56,369 nucleotides of DNA from Methanomassiliicoccales archaeon (GCA_028682915.1 JAJRAN010000135.1:1-56369), one strand, 5' to 3'. Shown: positions 17,367 to 27,152, numbered from the stretch's first letter. Made by a program: numbers and translations. The notes: generated from the letters alone by a model not told the origin.

Positions 17367-18569
17367 ATGATCGATTTTCGTCCTTTCCAAGGCATGCTCC
17401 CGAAAGTCAGGGGCTCGGACCGCATCGAGGATAGGGTCTCCCCTCCCTACGATGTGATAGATGAGAAGCAGCTAGCGGCGCTCAAATCGAAACCGTTCAA
17501 CATTACGAGGATCACCCTTGGCGGCGAGGATGGCGATTATTCAAACGCCGCCGGGCTGCTAAACTCCTGGATTAGGTCAGAGAAGCTGAGAGAGGACGAT
17601 GCAGACGCGTTCTACATAATGCGACAGGAGTTCGCTCATGGCGGGCGACGCCACGTGAGGACCGGGATCATGGGCGCCCTCGGGCTCCAGACCTATGAGG
17701 CAGGCAACATCTCCCCTCACGAGGAGACCTTCCCGAAGATAAAGGAGGACAGGTTGAACCTCCTCCGGGCGACCGAAGCCCACCTCGAGTCGATCTTCTG
17801 CCTGTACGACCGCCTCGACCCGAAGGTACTGGAGGCGGTGGCCTCCCAGGCAACCATGCTCTTCGAGGTGACGGACGACCTGGGGACGAGGCATTGGTTC
17901 GGTAGGGTGTCAGACCCTGAACTGGTCAGTACGATCAGGTCGGAACTGGCGAAGAAGAAGCTGCTCATCGCGGACGGGCATCACCGCTATGAGACGGCAT
18001 TGCGATATTCCTCAGAGCATCCAGAGGATGCGAAGAAGGGATACGTCCTCGCAACCCTGGTGGCGGGAAACGACCCTGGGTTGATAGTACTACCGACCCA
18101 TCGTCTCTTCACGGGCATCCAGATAAACACCGAGGAGTTCCTCTTCCACGCCTCCAAGTTCTTCGCCATCTGGGAGGTCCAGACGATGGAAGAGCTGACG
18201 AAGCTGTTGTCGACGAACAGCCGGGTTTGCCTTGGGATATTGATGGCGGACGGTCGGAGGTTCGTGTTCGAGCTGGCATGGAGGCCGACGGACGACCCGT
18301 TATGGTCCGTGGATGCCTACGTGTGCGAAGAGCTGGTGCTCAAGAAGATATTGCAGAAGAAGGGAGAGGTCAATGTAAAATATGACCATGAGGCCCTCTC
18401 GATCGAGAAGAAGCTGGTCGCGGGCGAAGGTTGCCTGGCCGTGGTGCTGTCCTCACCGAAGTTAGAATCCATCTGGAAGGTCGCGAACGAGGGGGAGAAA
18501 ATGCCTAAGAAATCCACCTACTTCTACCCCAAGATATGGTCCGGCTTCGTCTCCTATCTCATGAGATAA
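17367..18569 (+). CDS. DUF1015 family protein
   Basis: PPYDVI, PHEET, IADGHHRYETA and MPKKSTYFYPK motifs. Confidence 0.9.
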   Translation: MIDFRPFQGMLPKVRGSDRIEDRVSPPYDVIDEKQLAALKSKPFNITRITLGGEDGDYSNAAGLLNSWIRSEKLREDDADAFYIMRQEFAHGGRRHVRTGIMGALGLQTYEAGNISPHEETFPKIKEDRLNLLRATEAHLESIFCLYDRLDPKVLEAVASQATMLFEVTDDLGTRHWFGRVSDPELVSTIRSELAKKKLLIADGHHRYETALRYSSEHPEDAKKGYVLATLVAGNDPGLIVLPTHRLFTGIQINTEEFLFHASKFFAIWEVQTMEELTKLLSTNSRVCLGILMADGRRFVFELAWRPTDDPLWSVDAYVCEELVLKKILQKKGEVNVKYDHEALSIEKKLVAGEGCLAVVLSSPKLESIWKVANEGEKMPKKSTYFYPKIWSGFVSYLMR

Positions 18570-18573
18570 GGCC

Positions 18574-19470
18574 TCAAGGAATCTTGCAGGTATCGGTAAG
18601 GCCGACCATTTCCACGAACCTTGCTGGGCTCTTCTCGAAAGCTTCCAAACACTCCTTGGAATCGAAGTAGTACTTTTTCCCTTCATACTCCCAGGAGAAC
18701 TTGGCGGTTGCCGGGATGACCTCGGCCCCACAGACCGGATCCAACGTGGTCCTGCGTGCCTTGGAAACCATCACCCTCGCCCCCATCTCGAAGCAATGAA
18801 CGATCTCGTCGGCACCAACCTTCCTCAGGACCTCGAGGTTGCGCATGTCCTCCACCTCGGAGACGATGTAGATGTGGGGGTTGATGCGCTTGGCCGCGAT
18901 CACCACCATGATGTTGGTTGGGTCGTGCATGGTAAGCACTATGGCCCTGGCCTCGTCGATGTTGGCCCTTTGCAGCGTGTCCGGGTCAGTGGCATCGCCT
19001 GAAATGACCTGTGTTCCATTGTCCACCAGGTAGGCGACCCGGGCAGGGTCCTTATCCACCACCACGAACTTGTCCCCTTTCTCCTTTAACTGCTCGAAGA
19101 TTCGTTGCCCTACATTGCCATATCCGCACAGAATGATGTGATTCTTCATCCTAACCCTCCTCGATGGTAGGCCAAGCTCCTCCCTCAGATCCATGGATAT
19201 AACGTGGTTGAATATGCTTTGTAAAGATGTGATCAGGGCCGTGAACCCTAACACGACGACGAAGACCGCCAGGGCCTGGCTTGCCATCGTGGTAGGATAG
19301 AGGTCGCCATAGCCCACGGTGAAGATGGTGACGATGGTGAAGTAGAATGCTTCCCAGAGCGTATGAACGGTCGGCTCCAGAAGCAGGAAGCCGATGGTAC
19401 CGATGATTGGCACGGTTCCTATCAGGATCAAAGAAGCCAAGAACCATTTCTGCCTTCGGCGCAGCTTCAT
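18574..19470 (-). CDS. Two-TM potassium channel with TrkA-N (RCK) domain and C-terminal YHS domain
   Basis: TVGYGD selectivity filter, GYGNVG Rossmann motif, GDAT; C-terminal DPVCG...YEGKKYYFDS..C...F...P. Confidence 0.92.
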   Translation of the reverse strand: MKLRRRQKWFLASLILIGTVPIIGTIGFLLLEPTVHTLWEAFYFTIVTIFTVGYGDLYPTTMASQALAVFVVVLGFTALITSLQSIFNHVISMDLREELGLPSRRVRMKNHIILCGYGNVGQRIFEQLKEKGDKFVVVDKDPARVAYLVDNGTQVISGDATDPDTLQRANIDEARAIVLTMHDPTNIMVVIAAKRINPHIYIVSEVEDMRNLEVLRKVGADEIVHCFEMGARVMVSKARRTTLDPVCGAEVIPATAKFSWEYEGKKYYFDSKECLEAFEKSPARFVEMVGLTDTCKIP

Positions 19471-19554
19471 TATTATCTCTCTTCGATGGAAGATAATGCC
19501 AAGGCGATTATTTCAACCTGAGTCCTTTTGTGGCGAAATTCTAAGAGAAGGGTG

Positions 19555-19653
19555 TGGAGCCACTGGAGGGAATCGAACCCTCGACCTACGCCTTACCAAG
19601 GCGTCGCTATTTAGAGACGCGCTATGCACGCGTTACCTCTAAGCCACAGTGGC
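19555..19653 (-). tRNA. tRNA-Thr(GGU) with a 24-nt intron at position 20/21 (19611-19634); CCA encoded
   Basis: GCCACTG/CAGTGGC acceptor; ACGCC-TTGGTAA-GGCGT anticodon arm; GAGGG-TTCGATT-CCCTC T-arm; extra hairpin in the D-loop. Confidence 0.92.
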
Positions 19654-19743
19654 GTCTGCCCCTCGAACTAGCTTTTCCTTGATAAAGGTTTCGCGGTGGC
19701 TTGGCCATAAGTATTTTCCCCGTCGGTCCATTTCCGTTGATTG

Positions 19744-21663
19744 ATGAAGAACGAGATGAGCGCTTTCGACGTGCTCCGCGTGGTCAAGGAGATGCAGGAG
19801 CTTGTCGGTGGTTATCTGGACAAGGTATTCCATTGGGAGCGCAGGAACGTCCTTCTTCGGGCGAACGTGCCTGGCCTAGGGAGGCGAGAGGTCCTGCTCA
19901 TCGATCAGAACTTCCTCTACGTCTCCAAGGACAGACCAGAGATGCCTGACATGCCCTCCCAGTTCGCGGTCCACCTGCGCAAGCTCTTGTCCAATGCCAG
20001 GATAACGGGGATAAGGCAGCATGAGTTCGACCGCGTGGCGATCATCGAACTGCAGAGGGACGAGGAGTATCAGATCGTGATCGAGCTCTTTGGGGAGGGC
20101 AACCTGTTGCTCGTCTCCAACGGCAAGATAGTGAATTGCCTGGTATCGAAGACCTGGAAGCACAGGGACGTCAGACCCGGCGCAACTTACGAATTCCCTC
20201 CTGCTCGCTTCAATCCCAGGGTTCAAGGCGAGGAGGCGTTCGGCAAGGCCGTCCATTCCTCGAAATCTGATGTCGTGCGGACATTGGCGACCTCCATAAA
20301 CCTCGGGGGTCAGTATGCGGAGGAGGTCTGCCTGCGAGCCAAGGTCGATAAGTCTCAGAAGGCCAGCTTGATCGATGATGACTCGCTGTCCAGACTGACC
20401 CAGGCGGCCTTGGCCATCCTGGAGGAGGCTTCGTCCGGCGACCGTTCCTGCGCTTACAAGGAGGCGAATGGGGAGGTTGTGGACGTCTCCCCCATCGAGC
20501 TGCTGCAATTCGCCAGCAAGGAGAGGGTTTGCTTCCCTTCCTTCTCCGAGGGGATGCAGTTCTATCTCGAACATAGGAGGGCGAGGGAGAAGGAGGCCAC
20601 CGTCAACCCGGAGGTGCAGCGCCTCTCGCGGCAGCTGTCCCAGATCAAGGAGGCGGAGCAGAAGTCCGAAGCCGAGGCCGACTCATTGGTCATGCAGGCG
20701 GAGGCGGTCTACGCCAATTACCCCCTGGTGAGCTCGTCGTTGTCCCGCATGAAGCAAATGGCGGATGGAAAGGATTGGGAGGAGCTCAAGGCCTTGGGAA
20801 AGGAGGACGCGAACCTGCACCACATAGACCCCAAGCGGAAGGTGGTGGGCATATCCTTGGGGGAGCTGGTGGTGGAGCTCGACTACACCAAAGGGTTGGA
20901 GGAGAATGCCAGCCTGATATACGCTCGAGCCAGGGAGGCCAAGGACAAGGCCGTCCGCTCTCGTGAGATGATAATTCAGACCGAAGGCAAGATCGCGGAG
21001 CTAGAGCGCAAGGACGCGCTCGAGGCCAAGAAGGCCAAGGTCGAGACCAAGCCCACCAAGCAGTTCTGGTTCGAGGCCTACAAGTGGTTCATCACCAGCG
21101 GCGGGCACTTGGTCCTAGCTGGCCGTGACGCCCGGACCAATGACCAGGTGGTGAAGAAGCACCTGACCTCGGTGGACCGCTATGCGCACGCCGACGTCCA
21201 TGGGGCCCCCAGCGTGGTCATAAAGGAGGGCTCCACCGCCACCGAGCAGGAGCTGGCCGAGGCCTGCGTCTTCGCCTTGGCGCACTCCAAGGCCTGGAAC
21301 GCCGGCATAAGGGAGGGGAGCGCCTATTGGGTGCTACCAGACCAGGTGTCGAAGACCCCGGACGCGGGGGAGTTCGTGCCCCGCGGGGCTTTCATCATCC
21401 GGGGTAAGCGCAATTACGTCCATCACATCCAATTGCAGCTGGCGATAGGCGAGATCGAGCACCAGGGAGCTAGGAAGATAATGTGCGGTCCGAAGGAAGC
21501 GGTCGTGCTGCTCTCCAAGAGGCATGTCATCATCGTTCCGGGGGAGGGGGACAGGAGCAAGACCTCCTCGACGCTGGCCAAGGAGATGAACGTGCCAGAG
21601 GAGGAGATCTCCCGCATCCTTCCCCCTGGAGACGTGGAGATCAGGGAGCGAGTTGGCCTTTAG
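19744..21663 (+). CDS. rqcH: Archaeal Rqc2/NEMF homolog (NFACT family), ribosome rescue
   Basis: QHEFDR, IELFGEGN, WFEAYKWF, AGRDA..N, HADVHGAP and GAFIIRGKRNY motifs. Confidence 0.92.
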   Translation: MKNEMSAFDVLRVVKEMQELVGGYLDKVFHWERRNVLLRANVPGLGRREVLLIDQNFLYVSKDRPEMPDMPSQFAVHLRKLLSNARITGIRQHEFDRVAIIELQRDEEYQIVIELFGEGNLLLVSNGKIVNCLVSKTWKHRDVRPGATYEFPPARFNPRVQGEEAFGKAVHSSKSDVVRTLATSINLGGQYAEEVCLRAKVDKSQKASLIDDDSLSRLTQAALAILEEASSGDRSCAYKEANGEVVDVSPIELLQFASKERVCFPSFSEGMQFYLEHRRAREKEATVNPEVQRLSRQLSQIKEAEQKSEAEADSLVMQAEAVYANYPLVSSSLSRMKQMADGKDWEELKALGKEDANLHHIDPKRKVVGISLGELVVELDYTKGLEENASLIYARAREAKDKAVRSREMIIQTEGKIAELERKDALEAKKAKVETKPTKQFWFEAYKWFITSGGHLVLAGRDARTNDQVVKKHLTSVDRYAHADVHGAPSVVIKEGSTATEQELAEACVFALAHSKAWNAGIREGSAYWVLPDQVSKTPDAGEFVPRGAFIIRGKRNYVHHIQLQLAIGEIEHQGARKIMCGPKEAVVLLSKRHVIIVPGEGDRSKTSSTLAKEMNVPEEEISRILPPGDVEIRERVGL

Positions 21664-21679
21664 GTATAGTGGAGGGGAG

Positions 21680-21753
21680 CGCCCGAGCCGGAATTCGAAT
21701 CCGGGTCTGCAGGTCCGCAGCCTGCTAGGATGTCCAAGCTACCCCACTCGGGC
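21680..21753 (-). tRNA. tRNA-Arg(GCG), no intron, CCA not encoded
   Basis: GCCCGAG/CTCGGGC acceptor; GCAGG-CTGCGGA-CCTGC anticodon arm; CCGGA-TTCGAAT-TCCGG T-arm. Confidence 0.95.
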
Positions 21754-21801
21754 AAAAGACGAAACACCCTCAAGACTCACCGGCTCTTATACTTAACCAC
21801 A

Positions 21802-22659
21802 TCAATAGGTCGTGCTCATGTCCAGCTTCCCTTTCTTCCTGGCCAAGCGGTCGGCGTAGCGGAAGATAGCTAGTGAGAGCACAAGGAAGAATGCGCTCGT
21901 CACGAGGAGCATGAGGAAGATGTCCCCGGTGGAGTAGGCTGCGAGGCCGCTGTCCCACTGCAGGTCCGCAGGGAGGACCGCCCTCCGGATCACCTCCAGC
22001 CAGTAGGTGATGGGGATGGCCAGCCCGATTACCTGGCCCCAGGTGGGCAGGAAGGTTATGGGGAAGGTCACGCCGCAGAAGAGGTAGAACATCCCGGCGA
22101 TGCCCTCGTTTATGCCCATGCTGTGCTTGGCGGTGAGCATGGACACGCCTGCCAGTGCGATCCCGATCATGCAGATGCAGAAGAGCCCTACCGCCATGGC
22201 TAGGAGCAAGAGGGGCCAGTTCACCTCGCCAAGACGTATAGGCAATCCCAGGAAGACGATCCCGAAGGCCAGGGTGATGATGGCGGCGGTGGTGGTGATG
22301 ACGATCTTGGGGACCGCCCTCCCCACTATGTAGAAGTAGAAGGATATGGGCGCGATGTAGACCTGCTTCAGCGTCTGGTAGTGCTCACGGTCCTCGTGGA
22401 TGACGAACACCACCCCGAACAGGACCTGGGCGACGTACATGTAGAATGTGTTGCCCACGAACATATAGCAGAATATCTCCGGCTGCTCCAGGACCGACCC
22501 CCAGATCACCAGATACATGAAGACCAGGATGAGCGTGGCAGAGATGGGCTTGACGACCGAGTATATGGCGAAGAGCCAAGGGCTGGTCCAGTTCGATTCC
22601 ATCTGCCATCCAAGCCAGGCGGCGTGCCTAAGGGTCCGGAGGTTTTCCCTCATTGCCAT
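21802..22659 (-). CDS. ABC-2 type transporter permease
   Basis: Six TM segments, G..FPITFLP.W...IPITY motif; start coupled to the upstream permease stop (ORF-track N-terminal extension rejected). Confidence 0.88.
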   Translation of the reverse strand: MAMRENLRTLRHAAWLGWQMESNWTSPWLFAIYSVVKPISATLILVFMYLVIWGSVLEQPEIFCYMFVGNTFYMYVAQVLFGVVFVIHEDREHYQTLKQVYIAPISFYFYIVGRAVPKIVITTTAAIITLAFGIVFLGLPIRLGEVNWPLLLLAMAVGLFCICMIGIALAGVSMLTAKHSMGINEGIAGMFYLFCGVTFPITFLPTWGQVIGLAIPITYWLEVIRRAVLPADLQWDSGLAAYSTGDIFLMLLVTSAFFLVLSLAIFRYADRLARKKGKLDMSTTY

Positions 22660-23465
22660 CTCAGCGTCAGCCTCCCTTCCCTCTTGCCCAGGTACTCCAT
22701 GTAATGCAAGGCGTAGCGCGCGGCCAGTATGAACCCTACCGCCAGGCCGACCAAGACCATCAGCTCGATTTGCCATGACAGGAAGGGCATGATCTGCGAC
22801 CCGTTGAACATCAGCTGTCTCATGGCATCGAGCCCCAGGGTGATGGGGATTATGCTCGCCCCCAGGGCGACCCAGAAGCCCAGCGCCTTGACCGGGAAGT
22901 AGAAGCCCGATACCAAGTAGATGGGCTCCTGCAGGATGTTGGACAGATGCCACGCCCCTCTACCGTACATCAGGTAGAGCGAGGAGAACATCATCCCCAT
23001 GCCATAGAGGGCGATCAAGGTGACCACGAACACGGCCAGGAGCGCCGCGGGATTGGTCACCTCCAGCTCCACATCGAAGAGGAGGAACCCCAGGATGAAG
23101 GTGGACAGGGCCCTCACGCCGGTGAGGAACATCCCTCCGACGGCCATCCCGGCCAGCACGGACATCCTGGACATGGGAGCGATGAGGTAGAGCTGCAGGT
23201 TGCCCGTCTCCTTCTCCCAATAGAATTGGGCGGCCATGCTCCAGAGGACGTTGACCCAGAACGCGGTCATGGCCCCGCCCAGAACGACGAAGCCGGTGTA
23301 GATCTCCGGCGCCCCCATGGCCCTATAGAAGAAAATGAAGGCGGCGATGCCCAGCAAGGGCAGGAAGATGTCGAAGAGGATCCAGCTCGGCTCCCGCTGC
23401 ACCCCGATGATCCGAGGATAGGCCCGGCCCCACATGGCGCGCCAGTTGAGCCGGAGGTCCATCAT
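22650..23465 (-). CDS. ABC-2 type transporter permease
   Basis: WEKETGNL...IAPMSR, SGFYFPV..L and PITLGLDAMR motifs. Confidence 0.9.
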   Translation of the reverse strand: MMDLRLNWRAMWGRAYPRIIGVQREPSWILFDIFLPLLGIAAFIFFYRAMGAPEIYTGFVVLGGAMTAFWVNVLWSMAAQFYWEKETGNLQLYLIAPMSRMSVLAGMAVGGMFLTGVRALSTFILGFLLFDVELEVTNPAALLAVFVVTLIALYGMGMMFSSLYLMYGRGAWHLSNILQEPIYLVSGFYFPVKALGFWVALGASIIPITLGLDAMRQLMFNGSQIMPFLSWQIELMVLVGLAVGFILAARYALHYMEYLGKREGRLTLRWQ

Positions 23466-24427
23466 TCGAGTCCCCTCCCCACCAGCTGGATGAACACGTC
23501 CTCCAGGGTGGGTTCGGTCTTGTCGAGCGAGATGACCTTGGCGCCCTTGCCGGTGATGAATGAGATTATGTCCGAGATGACCGCCTCGTCCTCTAGGACG
23601 AAGCGGACCTCCTCCTTCGACCCGTCGCCCTTGGCGTTGAAGCCCTTGACCCCGGGCATTGAGCTGATCTCACCGACGCAGGCGCAGGGGGAGGTGGTTA
23701 TGGTGAAGGTCGACTCCTTGGCCACCATCTTCTTCAGTCTGATGGGTGTGTCGCAGGCCAGTATCCTGCCATGGTCGATTATGGCCAGCCGGTCGCAGAG
23801 CTGCTCCGCCTCCTGCATGTAATGGGTGGTCAGCAGGACGGTCTTTCCCCCATCGTCCTTGACCCATTTGCGGATGTAGTTGCGGATGTTCATGGAGGCG
23901 TTGACGTCCAAGCCCAGCGTCGGCTCGTCCAGGAAGATCAGGTCCGGGTCGGTGACGAAGCCGCGTATCACGTTCATCTTCTGCCTCTGGCCCGTGGAGA
24001 TGGTGCGCACCTTGGAGTTGGCCTTGTCGGAGATGCCGAACAGCTCCAGCATCCCGTCGATGGTCTTCTTGGCCTCCTCGCTGGGTATGCCGTAGAACTG
24101 GGAGAACATCCACAGGTTCTCCCTGACGGTGAGGAGCCCGTAGCCGGAGGTCTCGCCCCCTGAGACCATGTTGATGCGCGGCCGAATGGACTGGGCCTCC
24201 TTCTCCACGTCGTGCCCGAGGACCTTGACCGTGCCGGAGCTGGGCAGGAGGAGGGTGGCTAGTATTTTGATCAGGGTGGTCTTGCCCGCCCCGTTCGGCC
24301 CCAGGAGGCCGAATAGCTCTCCCTCCTCGACCTGCAGGTTGACGTGGTCTAGGGCCACCAGGGGCTTCTTCCCCTTGGCGCCCCCGAAGTTCCTGACCAG
24401 TTGATAGGACTCGATGGCGTAGGGCAT
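23462..24427 (-). CDS. ABC transporter ATP-binding protein
   Basis: GPNGAGKT, ISTGQ signature, LDEPTLGLD, TTHYMQEA, C-terminal PTLEDVF. Confidence 0.95.
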   Translation of the reverse strand: MPYAIESYQLVRNFGGAKGKKPLVALDHVNLQVEEGELFGLLGPNGAGKTTLIKILATLLLPSSGTVKVLGHDVEKEAQSIRPRINMVSGGETSGYGLLTVRENLWMFSQFYGIPSEEAKKTIDGMLELFGISDKANSKVRTISTGQRQKMNVIRGFVTDPDLIFLDEPTLGLDVNASMNIRNYIRKWVKDDGGKTVLLTTHYMQEAEQLCDRLAIIDHGRILACDTPIRLKKMVAKESTFTITTSPCACVGEISSMPGVKGFNAKGDGSKEEVRFVLEDEAVISDIISFITGKGAKVISLDKTEPTLEDVFIQLVGRGLE

Positions 24428-24469
24428 GGGCTAGGTCGTATCAGAAGATGTCCAGAAAAGAGTATCGGC

Positions 24470-24661
24470 CTACGCCTTGTTATGCTGGTGGTAGCGGGTG
24501 GCGTATCCAGCGATGCGGTTGCGCATGGTGATGGACTGCACGTTGGTGAGCTTGTCCACCAGCTGCTTGTTGGCCTCAAAGTCGTCAGTGAAGAGCCGGG
24601 GGTACTTCTCGACGAGCTCGATGGCGACTCTCTTGATGTAAGTGGGCCTGATCCTTCCCAT
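24470..24661 (-). CDS. rps17e: 30S ribosomal protein S17e
   Basis: [11 protein letters not shown]...FTDDFEANK...RNRIAGY. Confidence 0.96.
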   Translation of the reverse strand: MGRIRPTYIKRVAIELVEKYPRLFTDDFEANKQLVDKLTNVQSITMRNRIAGYATRYHQHNKA

Positions 24662-24697
24662 GGTATCCACCAGGTAAGTCCGGGTTAAGGTCTAGGC

Positions 24698-25378
24698 CTA
24701 TTTAAGGCTTTTCAGCTCTTGCCGTCGGGACTTGCCGCAGGTCATCTTGCCCTCTGGACAAGGCCCGCGGACGCAGCCAGGGCCGGCTCCGGAGAAGATG
24801 CTTGGGGACACGCGCTTCACCTGTCGCAGCATCTCGTCGGCGACCTCCCTCAGCTCCCACTGAGCCCGCCGGCAGCATCTCAGGCAGAAGAAATGCCAGA
24901 GCTCGCGGGCATTCATGGTGACGGTGATATTGGTGGTGCAGGCGTTGGGGAGGACGTAGCGGGCGTCCTCCGCTGGCACCTTTTCCGATAGCTTTCGGTA
25001 GCATTCCCAGGCCTTCGCCATCATCTCGTCGAACTCGGACTTGAGCTCATCGTCCTCCGCTATGGAGGGAGGAGTGACGAAGGCCGCCTCCTTCAAGGAT
25101 ACGTACCTCTGGCTCTGCTGGGAGAAGGAGGCGATGCGGTGGCGAACCAGCTGGTGGGTGAGCGCCCTGGAGACACCCTCGATGGAGAATGTATAGCTGG
25201 CATGCTCGATGACCGAGTGATGCCCCATACCCGTGATGTCGGATATGGCCTTCCCCGCCCTCTCCTCATCGATCTCCTCCAGCAGCTTGCTGGCACCCTT
25301 CTTGGAGTAGCAAGAGCGGGCAGCGGCTGCGCAGAGCCGTTCGGCGTCCTTGGTGTAGGATAGGAGCGTGACTTTCAT
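24698..25378 (-). CDS. thyX: Flavin-dependent thymidylate synthase
   Basis: GHHSVIEH, THQLVRHRIASFSQQSQRY, EDARYVLPN, AQWE. Confidence 0.96.
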   Translation of the reverse strand: MKVTLLSYTKDAERLCAAAARSCYSKKGASKLLEEIDEERAGKAISDITGMGHHSVIEHASYTFSIEGVSRALTHQLVRHRIASFSQQSQRYVSLKEAAFVTPPSIAEDDELKSEFDEMMAKAWECYRKLSEKVPAEDARYVLPNACTTNITVTMNARELWHFFCLRCCRRAQWELREVADEMLRQVKRVSPSIFSGAGPGCVRGPCPEGKMTCGKSRRQELKSLK

Positions 25379-25419
25379 TCCAATTGGGGATGGGACGCCT
25401 GGGCATTAAGCTGTTCGCT

Positions 25420-26133
25420 CTAGCGGTAGGTGTACTGGAAGTCGACCTCGACGTTGCCGGGCTTGACCTGGGCGCCCCTCCTGGGGAAATCGCCGGATAA
25501 TAGCTGCTTGAGGCGGATGACGCTCAGCTGCCTTGGCGCCAAGAGGGCGCTGATGCCTTCGATGTGGCCGTCCCCCACCACGGCCAGGACATTGATGTAC
25601 CTGGCCTCGGCCTCGGCGATGCGCCCGGCCATCACCTGGTTGCGGTCGTCGATCAAGGCCTTCTTCATGGTGGGGTACTCCTTGCCGAACTGGGCCATGT
25701 ATTGGTCCTCGTTCTCAGTGAATTTGTCAAGCTCCTTCTTCACCTTCTTCTTGCTGGTGAAGAGGCCAGTGAGCGCGGAGACGGTGAGCAGCACCCTCTC
25801 CTTGAACGGCATCTCCTGCCACAGGCGGCCGAAGAGGACGGAGGCGTCGGCATCGATCAGCAAGGCCGGGATCCCCGCCTCACGAGCGGTGTCGATGGCC
25901 GCTAGCATCTCCGATCCCAGCTCCCCTCCGAAGTCCTTCGCCATCCTCTTCTGGAAGATGGAAAGGAGCCTGTAGGTCGGAGGCATGCTGCGCTTGGCCT
26001 GGGGGTTCTTGAGAGCGTAGTAGCGATTGGGGTCGAGCTCGACGCAGACCGCGCCTGGCATCTCGCCGAGGATGATCTCCCGTATCTGCGCGCCGATATC
26101 GAAAACATGGCCTACGCCTATGAGGATGATCAT
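25420..26133 (-). CDS. TraB/GumN family protein
   Basis: LIGVGHV, VCVELD..R, GSEM, LIDDRN..M, VVGDGH; ATG at 26133. Confidence 0.88.
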   Translation of the reverse strand: MIILIGVGHVFDIGAQIREIILGEMPGAVCVELDPNRYYALKNPQAKRSMPPTYRLLSIFQKRMAKDFGGELGSEMLAAIDTAREAGIPALLIDADASVLFGRLWQEMPFKERVLLTVSALTGLFTSKKKVKKELDKFTENEDQYMAQFGKEYPTMKKALIDDRNQVMAGRIAEAEARYINVLAVVGDGHIEGISALLAPRQLSVIRLKQLLSGDFPRRGAQVKPGNVEVDFQYTYR

Positions 26134-26195
26134 CGAGCCACGAAACCGCTTGGCGTCCTTATGCTTTTCCTTCGGAGGCGCGACCTTCCCGCAGG

Positions 26196-26402
26196 TCACC
26201 CGAAGCCCATCACCATGACATAGAGGATGAAGGCTATCAACATGGTCAGGAGCGGAAGTCCTAGGAATAGGAGGAGGATTATCCAGAGCAGCTTGTTGCT
26301 GTCCTTCGGCGAGGCAAACCCGCCCCCGCACCTGGTGCAGTACTTGAACCCGTCCTCGTTGTAAACCCCACAATTTTGGCAGTACGTAGCCTTAGACCTC
26401 AA
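26196..26402 (-). CDS. Small zinc-ribbon membrane protein
   Basis: YCQNCG...YCTRCG followed by one TM helix; start uncertain (TTG 26402 or ACG 26387). Confidence 0.75.
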   Translation of the reverse strand: MRSKATYCQNCGVYNEDGFKYCTRCGGGFASPKDSNKLLWIILLLFLGLPLLTMLIAFILYVMVMGFG

Positions 26403-26481
26403 TGAGTAATCTTGGGGTATTGCGGTAAATAACTTGCTCCCCGACGAAGCGTTTAATTACCTAGGGGTTCTGGACGGTGCG

Positions 26482-27144
26482 TTGAGAAGAGAGGCGAGGT
26501 TCGACCTGGTCGCGTTCGACATGGATGGGGTGCTGGTGGACTATACCAGCTGCTGGACCTGGATCCATGACCATTTCTCGGTGGACAACGAGGGTGCCCT
26601 CAACGAATTCATCGAAGGCCGCATAGACGACAAGGAGTTCATGCGCCGGGACATCGCCCTATGGAAGGAACGCAACCCTAGCCTCAACCGGATGGACCTC
26701 GACACCATCCTCGAGCCGCTTCCGATGACCACTGGGATAACGGAGACGGTCAGCGCGCTGAAGGCGGCCGGGATCAAGACGGTAATCATCACCGGGGGCC
26801 TAGATATCGTGGCCGAGAGGATCGCCAAGCACTATGGGTTCGATGACTTCCTGGCAAACGGGGTGGAGTGCGACGACCGAGGAATGGTGACCGGGGAAGG
26901 GATCCTGCGCGTCGAGCTCAAGAACAAGCGGGCCGCCCTGGAGTCGTTCCTCGCCAAGTACTCCGTGCGGAAGGAGAGGGCCGCCAGCATAGGCGACAGC
27001 TTCATCGACATACCTATGTTCGAGGCTTCCGGCATGAGCATCGCCTACAACCCCTCGGACGAGCTGGCCGCGCGCAGGGCCACCTTTGTCGTCAGAAGCC
27101 AGGACCTCACCGCCGTCCTTCCCTATCTTCTGAAAGGCAAATGA
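26482..27144 (+). CDS. HAD-superfamily phosphatase (SerB-like, subfamily IB)
   Basis: FDMDGVL, ITGG, K and GDSFID motifs; start uncertain. Confidence 0.88.
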   Translation: MRREARFDLVAFDMDGVLVDYTSCWTWIHDHFSVDNEGALNEFIEGRIDDKEFMRRDIALWKERNPSLNRMDLDTILEPLPMTTGITETVSALKAAGIKTVIITGGLDIVAERIAKHYGFDDFLANGVECDDRGMVTGEGILRVELKNKRAALESFLAKYSVRKERAASIGDSFIDIPMFEASGMSIAYNPSDELAARRATFVVRSQDLTAVLPYLLKGK

Positions 27145-27152
27145 GCATAAGG

